DNA from: Euryarchaeota archaeon UBA121
GTDB taxonomy: Archaea; Thermoplasmatota; Poseidoniia; Poseidoniales; Thalassarchaeaceae
DNA: 60,439 nucleotides
Direction: 5' to 3'
NCBI GenBank assembly: GCA_002499865.1
Contig: DANL01000060.1
Coordinates: forward strand, 1 to 60,439
A program made the translations under genes and the position numbers. This document shows positions 55,101 through 60,439 of this stretch, piece by piece. The notes beneath the pieces are model-generated. The model saw nothing but the letters and a program-made list of their open reading frames with translations, ran no database searches and had not been told where the DNA came from. The first letter of the stretch is position 1. Every line of letters begins with the position of its first letter.

Positions 55101-56901
55101 GCTGGTCACAGTTCTAGCTGGAGAGGGAGGAGCAGAGGCCGAACCTGGAGACTGGGCCTCTTTCTCGCTGGCAGTAGGAAATGATGGAAACGGCCCCACT
55201 CGATATATGGTATCATGTTCAACTGAAAATTCATGGCCAGTCAATATCTGGGATTCCCAATCTTCAGAACTCCTTACTGACCCCATAGGTAGGTTACTTT
55301 ACACCACTCTGCCAATAAAAATCAGGGTTCCTAAATTACCAAATGGTGAGCCCGCCGCGGGAAGTATTGAGGATGTCACATGTGTGACTGAATCTGTTAA
55401 CGATCCTTCGTTGAGTATTTCTGACACAGTGTCTGTACTCGTTTTGGCCAATGATGACTTCGGAACAGATATATTTTCAGATTCTGGCAACCCACTAGGG
55501 CCGTTGGCATTAGCTTCCGATAGGGCAGTCATAAACGGAGATATGGTGACTACGATATTAGAAGTCAGCAATGATGGCAATATCCCGATGACATTTGAAG
55601 TGGATGCTTTCTCTTCTCTCAACACTTGGCCCATTCAGATTATTCACGAGGAGGAGGAATCAATGGATGCTATCTCTGTTGAAATATTATCCGGCCAAGT
55701 AGCAGTTTTCCAGATCAATACACTGGTTCCAATGGCGGCCCAAATGGGAGAGTCCAATACAATCACTACGAGGGTAACCCAAATCGGAGGACATGTGATT
55801 TCTAATGGAACCAAGCTAGTTGTCAGAGAATTGGCAGAACTGGATATCTCTGGTGACTCCTCTATTTCCGCAGCACCGGGACTGTCAGGGGTAGCGAATA
55901 TTATGATTCAGAATTCGGGCAATGTTGATCTGGTAGTGTCACTGACTCTCGGCAGCATACCATCGGATTGGTCTGGTGGATTCATGACTGCTGGAAGTTT
56001 CGCAATGAATATGAATCAGCAAGCAGTCGTTTCTGTCGCTTTAGAGCTACCAGGTGCCGTCCCAGCAGGCCCACAGGAAGAATCGATTCCTGTAATAATT
56101 GAATTTACAACGCCTGCCTTCGTGACACATTCCGAAACTGTTTGGCTAGATGTGATAGTCCTGTCGTCCGCATGGCTAGATCTTTCTGTTCCGGATGACA
56201 CTGTAGAAGACGTATCCCCTGGGAATCCCGCTACTTTCGACATAACCCTGCAGAACATTGGTAATTCTCAGACCGAAGTCTACGTCGAGGTAGTAGGCGA
56301 TGAGAATTGGGAATTTGATGTCGACCCATCATCAGCAGGAACAATAGAGCCCGGTGAATCTATCTCTATAGAGGTATTAGCAGACCCACAGGGTGACGCA
56401 GAGTATGGCATTATTGAGCTGGACGTCTTTGCAAATGGTACAGGGCAAATTGAGGTTTCAACTAACGCATACCTAAAATTGCAGGTTAGCAAAGCGAGGG
56501 AGTCCACAGAAGGAATCATTCCTTCATGGGCGGTAGGATTAATCTTTATTATCGTAGTATCAGCATCTGCCATATTGATTGTTAGGGCGAGAAGGTCTTC
56601 TTCACTGGCGACTCGTCCCGATGAAGAGCTTATTCCTCCCGGATCAGCTCTACTCACTGGATCTACTAACGAGAGAAGAGCCGCTGCTCTGGAGACTAGT
56701 GCTTCAGGAGAAGTCCTTACTGGAACCGTATCCGAGCAAGAACTGAATGACGCAATCTCCTCGTCATCACTCCCCTCATTAAATGTGGAAAAGGCACCCG
56801 AAGGAGCCCCACCACTGCCTCTTTCGGGTCTTCCAGAAGGATGGACAATGGAGCAATGGGCCGCATACGGTAATATGTGGTGGGAACAGAACCGTCCGTG
56901 A
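52162..56901 (+). CDS. giant membrane-anchored subtilisin-like serine protease (S8) with CARDB-like repeats and a cytoplasmic tail, 1579 aa
   Basis: Signal peptide. Catalytic Asp in IAISDTGLD (52999-53001), His in HGTHVAAT (53101-53103), Ser in NGTSMATPVVAG (53686-53688). NxGN repeats (LRNEGTS, VGNDGNG, VSNDGNI, IQNSGNV, LQNIGNS). TM WAVGLIFIIVVSASAILIV followed by a roughly 110-aa tail. Confidence 0.9.
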   Translation: MYARKSTFFVLTVLLFSSWSGMVSASPQGTDFIHSSDSDDYHFEKWSSLEYALEHAHQIRQTSGLIHSPYGSFDPLVDQYPIFGELNTGDYSYSDRPVYVIQSDSSDLSGISSSVEEVGGVILDYMPDSALLVRFPMYVNADNFLDSLANVRWSGQMPDIWRLSPEILGNTYSPSSQFDLQILPANDLTIQELNSLERDLSLISNYDQSTNCDSWLCTIDSVDSMWLPLLSKDWRILHIQTTSTASVYNSAARDISGVQGAYEQSSISLDGTGEVIAISDTGLDEDHGDFDGRIRSVYSQFGPDNDNSDLLSGHGTHVAATLLGDGSGQSSALGMAPGATFHMYTHESQSGFFGIYGSLYGLFTHSWNQNARIHTNSWGTSNLGNYSQTSSNVDDFVSDYPGYMVLFSAGDIGGTNDSGITPPGTSKNALTVGASTTGSYGSEPSGSVVSFSSQGLTNDGRIKPEIVAPGVLICSARAQEATLVDGQSCSELTHDDGTTPLYAAMNGTSMATPVVAGASALVRQFLRSEGISEPRSDLIRAILINGAVDIGDSNVPNPSEGWGQLSLDNSLFPVSENGVEMNVMYDYSRELFPGHGFTYTFDVSPGAGLDATLAWNDLKGSSVANQSASRLVNDLDLSVTAPDGTIYLGNEFISGFSVSGNSVDSLNNLERVKIQDALPGTWTVRVGNSGGDTQGYSLVFSAIASEISEADLTVFEGSLSTSVENPLQGDTILIEAAWGNQATATASQYNVEIHDVTTGNLLHTSRRSSIAGGGLDSLSFPYSFSSTGEHILRLSLDSSSEVYELNDEANGINNNIAEIVVEVSQIGVRITPLLETGNLPTNPLEFEDSRTRVMNPRETNSVYFPLELRNEGTSTISVQLSVSPVNVVSENGVLQPPSDEWWKILNQTGPWELGPMGSEGDSIVIELNLTAHPQSTSSSLPGEVYALPGTFVTDLNLFDVNAPTVNNVIRLEAEVERIEGLVTVLAGEGGAEAEPGDWASFSLAVGNDGNGPTRYMVSCSTENSWPVNIWDSQSSELLTDPIGRLLYTTLPIKIRVPKLPNGEPAAGSIEDVTCVTESVNDPSLSISDTVSVLVLANDDFGTDIFSDSGNPLGPLALASDRAVINGDMVTTILEVSNDGNIPMTFEVDAFSSLNTWPIQIIHEEEESMDAISVEILSGQVAVFQINTLVPMAAQMGESNTITTRVTQIGGHVISNGTKLVVRELAELDISGDSSISAAPGLSGVANIMIQNSGNVDLVVSLTLGSIPSDWSGGFMTAGSFAMNMNQQAVVSVALELPGAVPAGPQEESIPVIIEFTTPAFVTHSETVWLDVIVLSSAWLDLSVPDDTVEDVSPGNPATFDITLQNIGNSQTEVYVEVVGDENWEFDVDPSSAGTIEPGESISIEVLADPQGDAEYGIIELDVFANGTGQIEVSTNAYLKLQVSKARESTEGIIPSWAVGLIFIIVVSASAILIVRARRSSSLATRPDEELIPPGSALLTGSTNERRAAALETSASGEVLTGTVSEQELNDAISSSSLPSLNVEKAPEGAPPLPLSGLPEGWTMEQWAAYGNMWWEQNRP

Positions 56902-56926
56902 GCGTTATCAGTGTTAGCCGCTTGGC

Positions 56927-57589
56927 ATGCCCATGTCTGCAATATCTAGTCAAGCATCTTCCATCATACTATTCGGCCCTCCCGGGGCCGGTAAGGGAAC
57001 CCAAGCAGTAAGGATTAGCCAAACTACTGGGAAGCCACAGATTTCCACTGGTGACATGCTCAGAGAAGCAGTAAGAGCGGGTACTGATTTGGGGAATGAG
57101 GCCAAGGGATATATGGATCGTGGATTACTGGTTCCAGATTCAATAATCATCGGTCTGATATCTGAGAGGCTCAAACGCTCAGACGCCTCAGGAGGAGTTC
57201 TCTTTGATGGGTTCCCGCGAACTATCGCCCAGGCCGAGGAATTATCCAGTATAGCTGAAGTATCAATGGTAATTATGATACAAGTTCCCGATGAAGATAT
57301 CGTGGAGAGGATAGTTGGAAGGAGAATGGATCCTGAAACAGGAGACATTTACCACATAAAATTCCGACCAGCCCCCTCGGAAATACTCCCTAGGCTTATT
57401 CAGAGAAAGGACGATAACGAGGAAACTGTAAGAAGTAGGCTCAACGCATATCATCAGCAGACAAAACCCCTTTCAGATTGGTATCACAAACTGTCTGAAA
57501 AGACAAATTTGAGAGTAATTTCAGTAGATGGAAGAGGAAGCATAGATGAGGTTGCAGAATCAATCAACCTAGAGCTAGAGGTGTTTTGA
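56927..57589 (+). CDS. adk: adenylate kinase (bacterial/long type, Cys-less lid)
   Basis: P-loop ILFGPPGAGKGTQA, GFPRT, lid GRRMDPETGDIYH without zinc-binding cysteines, and QRKDDNEETVRSRL. Confidence 0.95.
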   Translation: MPMSAISSQASSIILFGPPGAGKGTQAVRISQTTGKPQISTGDMLREAVRAGTDLGNEAKGYMDRGLLVPDSIIIGLISERLKRSDASGGVLFDGFPRTIAQAEELSSIAEVSMVIMIQVPDEDIVERIVGRRMDPETGDIYHIKFRPAPSEILPRLIQRKDDNEETVRSRLNAYHQQTKPLSDWYHKLSEKTNLRVISVDGRGSIDEVAESINLELEVF

Positions 57590-57907
57590 TTGTCGGGCAG
57601 GTTCCGCAGGAGATCAAATCTGAAAAAGGCATTAGCCGCAGAAGCAATAGACGACCTACATAACGTTCTGAATGAAAGTAACGAGCAGAATCTTTCCGAT
57701 GCCTCCGCTAGATTAATTCTAAGAATCGGTAAGAAGTACGGAGCTAGAATGAAAAATTATAGCGGTATTGCAATATGCAGGTCATGTAATGTAGCAATGG
57801 TTCCTGGAAGGAACTCCACAGTTAGGATTCGTTCCAAGTCAATCAAGTATACATGTGGAATATGCGGTAGAACCAAAACTATGGGCCCCTCGTTCAGAGG
57901 TTATTAG
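57590..57907 (+). CDS. rnp4: RNase P protein component 4 (Rpp21/Rpr2 family)
   Basis: Helical N-terminus then zinc ribbon CRSCNVAMVPGRNSTVRIRSKSIKYTCGICG. A TTG start directly abuts the adk stop. Followed by a YhbY-like gene, which I recall as a typical archaeal pairing. Confidence 0.7.
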   Translation: MSGRFRRRSNLKKALAAEAIDDLHNVLNESNEQNLSDASARLILRIGKKYGARMKNYSGIAICRSCNVAMVPGRNSTVRIRSKSIKYTCGICGRTKTMGPSFRGY

Positions 57908-57908
57908 T

Positions 57909-58181
57909 ATGTCTAAAATTCCAACTAGAATTGCAAGGGAATCTTCGGATTCAGAACTCCCAATAACTGTTAGGATAGGAAAGTCAGGATTGGTTGACTC
58001 AGTGATAGATGAACTTAAAGATCAACTTTCAAGCAGGTCTTTAGTCAAGATTAAGCTTAACCGAGGAGTAGCAAATGGGTCTTCCGAAAGAACTGAGATT
58101 TTTTCTACTTTAGCTACTAAAACATCATCGATTGTTTCATTCAGTCGAGGAAATATCGTGGTTCTTTGGTCAGGAAAATAA
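57909..58181 (+). CDS. YhbY/CRM-domain RNA-binding protein (COG1534-like)
   Basis: ITVRIGKSGLVDSVIDELKDQLSSRSLVKIKL matches the GKxG...ELVKVK pattern. ATG at 57909; the track's extension from 57855 overlaps rnp4. Confidence 0.65.
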   Translation: MSKIPTRIARESSDSELPITVRIGKSGLVDSVIDELKDQLSSRSLVKIKLNRGVANGSSERTEIFSTLATKTSSIVSFSRGNIVVLWSGK

Positions 58182-58210
58182 TGTAAGTAAGTCTTGAATC
58201 TACATCAGTG

Positions 58211-58219
58211 ATATATTTA
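58211..58219 (+). promoter_or_regulatory. TATA-like box (ATATATTTA) about 28 nt upstream of the ATG at 58243
   Basis: The spacing fits a leaderless or short-leader archaeal transcript. Not verified. Confidence 0.25.
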
Positions 58220-58242
58220 GGTATAATTTGTCTCGAGACACC

Positions 58243-59784
58243 ATGTATCTTGCAAGAGCGCTTGCGGCGACGTCCGATCCAGGAGTATGGACACCTGCAG
58301 AAATGCCAGATTGGGCGGTTCCCGCTGCATTTGGTATTCTTACCATCGTCTATGCACTGATAGTTTTCGAAATCGTCCACAGGGCCCTGGCCGCGGCCGT
58401 TGGTGGAATAGTGGCGGTAGTCACTCTTCATCTCATTGGAAACGGGCCAGATCTAGGTACCGTGGTAACTTGGATAGATGAAGAGACAATTGGTCTACTA
58501 ATTGGGATGATGGTAATTGTTGATATCCTTGGCAAGACAGGAGTTTTCGAATGGGCCGCGGTTCAGGCATATGCGTTAAGCGGTGGCTCCATCTGGAGAT
58601 TATCGATAATACTCTGTACAATAACGGCCATTTTCTCAGCATTTTTGGATAATGTGACCACGATACTCCTAATTGTCCCTGTTACAATACAGATAGCTAA
58701 GGTTCTGAATCTAGAGCCTATACCCTTGATAATCGCGGAAGTAATGTTCTCAAATATTGGAGGGGCGGCAACACAAATTGGGGACCCACCTAACATCATA
58801 ATCGGAGCACAATTGTCATCTCAGGCACTTTCCGACAATGTAATTCTTGCAGATCAAGGAATAGCTTTCATTGACTTCATTGTCCACGTGGGGCCTGCTG
58901 TAATAATCGCTATGGCACCTTCATTCTGGCTTCTATCTAAGTTGGAATCTGAAGGTCTTTCGGGAGAGCGGCATCGCAATTTAGAACTTCTACGACTTAG
59001 GTATAATATCAAGGATGCAGAATTATTGAAGAAATCAGGATTTATCCTGATCCTAGTTATTCTGGCGTTCTTCGCCCACTCAAGCTTCCCTCATCCTCTC
59101 TTTACAGTAGCCACCATAGCGCTTGGCGGGGCCGTTCTAATGCTACTAGTTACATCTCCTCATCATGTTGAAGAGCAGCTTGATGCAGTGGAGTGGACAA
59201 CCATCATCTTCTTTGCAGGGCTATTCATTATGATTCATGGTTTAGAGCATATGGGCCTTATTGATGCAATAGCTGATGCCATTTCCTCTACTATTTCTCA
59301 GGCCTCAGAGCAAAATAGACTGATGGTCGCCGTCCTCCTCCTCCTGTGGGTATCGGCAATCGCGTCTGCTTTCATCGATAACATACCGTATACGGCAACT
59401 ATGGTACCAGTAGTGATCGAGCTTGCAAGTAATCCAGAACTCAACTTGCAGCTAGGTCCACTGGCATGGGCATTAGCACTTGGAGCGTGTTTGGGAGGAA
59501 ATGGTACGATAATCGGCGCATCAGCTAACGTTGTGGCGGCAGGACTGGCCGAAGAAGCAGGTTATGATATCTCATTCAATAGATTCTTCAAGACAGGGTT
59601 CCCAATAATGCTTCTAAGCGTGGCCCTTGCTACTGTATATGCCGTAGTTAGGTATGCAGTAGACTGGCCAAATGAGATGATCAAATGGGCAATCATAGCT
59701 GTAATGATGATAGCATCACTTTCACTACTTCCATCGATTTATGGAAAAGCTCCTACAGAAGGCGCGCACTATGAGGCAGAGTAG
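58243..59784 (+). CDS. ArsB/NhaD-superfamily ion transporter (citrate-transporter-like permease)
   Basis: About 12 TM segments and a duplicated signature FLDNVTTILLIVPVT / FIDNIPYTATMVPV, typical of the ArsB/NhaD/P-protein family. Confidence 0.8.
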   Translation: MYLARALAATSDPGVWTPAEMPDWAVPAAFGILTIVYALIVFEIVHRALAAAVGGIVAVVTLHLIGNGPDLGTVVTWIDEETIGLLIGMMVIVDILGKTGVFEWAAVQAYALSGGSIWRLSIILCTITAIFSAFLDNVTTILLIVPVTIQIAKVLNLEPIPLIIAEVMFSNIGGAATQIGDPPNIIIGAQLSSQALSDNVILADQGIAFIDFIVHVGPAVIIAMAPSFWLLSKLESEGLSGERHRNLELLRLRYNIKDAELLKKSGFILILVILAFFAHSSFPHPLFTVATIALGGAVLMLLVTSPHHVEEQLDAVEWTTIIFFAGLFIMIHGLEHMGLIDAIADAISSTISQASEQNRLMVAVLLLLWVSAIASAFIDNIPYTATMVPVVIELASNPELNLQLGPLAWALALGACLGGNGTIIGASANVVAAGLAEEAGYDISFNRFFKTGFPIMLLSVALATVYAVVRYAVDWPNEMIKWAIIAVMMIASLSLLPSIYGKAPTEGAHYEAE

Positions 59785-59831
59785 AAGAATTACTGCGACA
59801 GCATCAAGGGACGGTGCCTTGAGCCACTATT

Positions 59832-60185
59832 ATGAGGGTGTGCGAGGTATGTGGTTTGGCCACTCGTTCTGGCATTTGTCTGACCTGCGGGACCGAAGAA
59901 AATGAAAAAAATATTTCTGGCGTAACAAAGAATCCACATAATCAGGAATCCCAGAAAACTACACTCCCATTCGATCTTCAAGAGTCTAACAGGAGAAAAC
60001 TCGAAACTCCGGTTTTTGGACTCGAAGCCTCCCCTGAATATGATCAGACAGATAAATACCTAGAAAACAGTGAAAAATCATGCTTTATCGATAATATTCC
60101 CTTTGGAATCGAGGATGCTCCAAAATCTCCTCTTCCAGGGAGGCTAATATTTGGACTCTCAGATACTCCAGACAGTGAAGAATAA
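59832..60185 (+). CDS. small protein with an N-terminal zinc ribbon
   Basis: MRVCEVCGLATRSGICLTCG (CxxC-x9-CxxC), then an acidic low-complexity tail. Confidence 0.45.
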   Translation: MRVCEVCGLATRSGICLTCGTEENEKNISGVTKNPHNQESQKTTLPFDLQESNRRKLETPVFGLEASPEYDQTDKYLENSEKSCFIDNIPFGIEDAPKSPLPGRLIFGLSDTPDSEE

Positions 60186-60439
60186 CCGTGCTACTGAGAG
60201 ATGTTTTCGACAGTTAATGAAAGCTAACTATCCCGGTTACTTCATATACCGAATGTGGGTCGCCGAGATGCTTTGTGTGCTCCTTGGTACAGTCGTGTAT
60301 CAGGGTAAGAAGGTTGAGACCGCTTCGCCCTGCGGGGAGACGTAGTGGTCAGAGAAACCTGAATTGATATGCCTGGAATACCAGAGGAATCGCCTCTTCA
60401 CTTGTGGAGGGGCGATTAAAACTCACACAGGTGGGTATG
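60186..60439. other. unassigned non-coding stretch (possible structured RNA or 5' leader), truncated by the window edge
   Basis: About 250 nt with no convincing ORF on either strand in an otherwise tightly packed window. About 51% GC over 60241-60420, counted by hand. Imperfect hairpin AATCGCCTC...GAGGGGCGATT at 60388-60417. Confidence 0.3.

Noticed and set aside
60151-60345. 64-aa plus-strand ORF overlapping the end of the zinc-ribbon gene, considered as a frameshifted extension or a small protein
   Set aside because: It overlaps the preceding ORF out of frame. It has no motif, no plausible ribosome-binding context and an odd composition. The region is better treated as non-coding.
60330-60390. 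Partial resemblance to a TPP (THI-box) riboswitch: CGGGGAG..., CAGAGA, ACCUGA, and a CUGG-AAUA-CCAG hairpin followed by AGGAA
   Set aside because: The conserved CUGAGA reads CAGAGA. The separate ACCC strand that pairs with GGGG is missing. About 9 extra nt separate ACCUGA from the hairpin. It does not fit the consensus by eye, and only a covariance-model scan could rescue it.
1-60439. Search for CRISPR arrays, tRNA/rRNA genes, IS elements, integrases and prophage genes
   Set aside because: I found no spaced direct repeats and no tRNA-like sequence by eye in any intergenic gap. No transposase or integrase motif appears in any ORF. The accessory character of 6.6-31 kb comes from gene content, not from recognisable mobile-element hallmarks.

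Overview
Gene-dense fragment (about 36 CDS, mostly under 100 nt between genes, several convergent genes with abutting or overlapping stop codons), about 45-50% GC by eye. It is archaeal: it carries CDP-archaeol synthase (carS), archaeosine synthase (arcS), an STT3/AglB oligosaccharyltransferase, type II (archaeal) GAPDH, archaeal-type GluRS and PheRS beta, ribosomal protein S15P/S13e and RNase P subunit Rpp21. It also carries bacterial-type adk and dnaJ. This gene mix, the very acidic giant secreted proteins and the compaction fit an uncultured marine Thermoplasmatota-like euryarchaeon such as Marine Group II / Poseidoniales, but that lineage call is inference only. I saw no rRNA, tRNA, CRISPR array, transposase or integrase. 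The accessory part is about 6.6-31.1 kb, where six genes fill 24.5 kb. They are a 3174-codon AglB fused to an extra N-terminal multi-TM block and about 1750 aa of beta-sandwich surface repeats, a membrane-anchored S8 protease, a 1409-aa beta-helix surface protein, a wHTH-STAND-TPR regulator, an MBL-fold hydrolase and a 1912-aa anchorless protein with more than 20 DxDxDG calcium-binding repeats. A second giant S8 protease (1579 aa) and four more bitopic acidic surface proteins lie among housekeeping genes. Other items are a pyroglutamyl-peptidase/Nudix fusion, zinc-ribbon-tailed membrane proteins, a GXGXG-domain fusion and an unassigned roughly 250-nt non-coding stretch at the 3' edge. All functional calls rest on motifs read from the translations; no database search was run.
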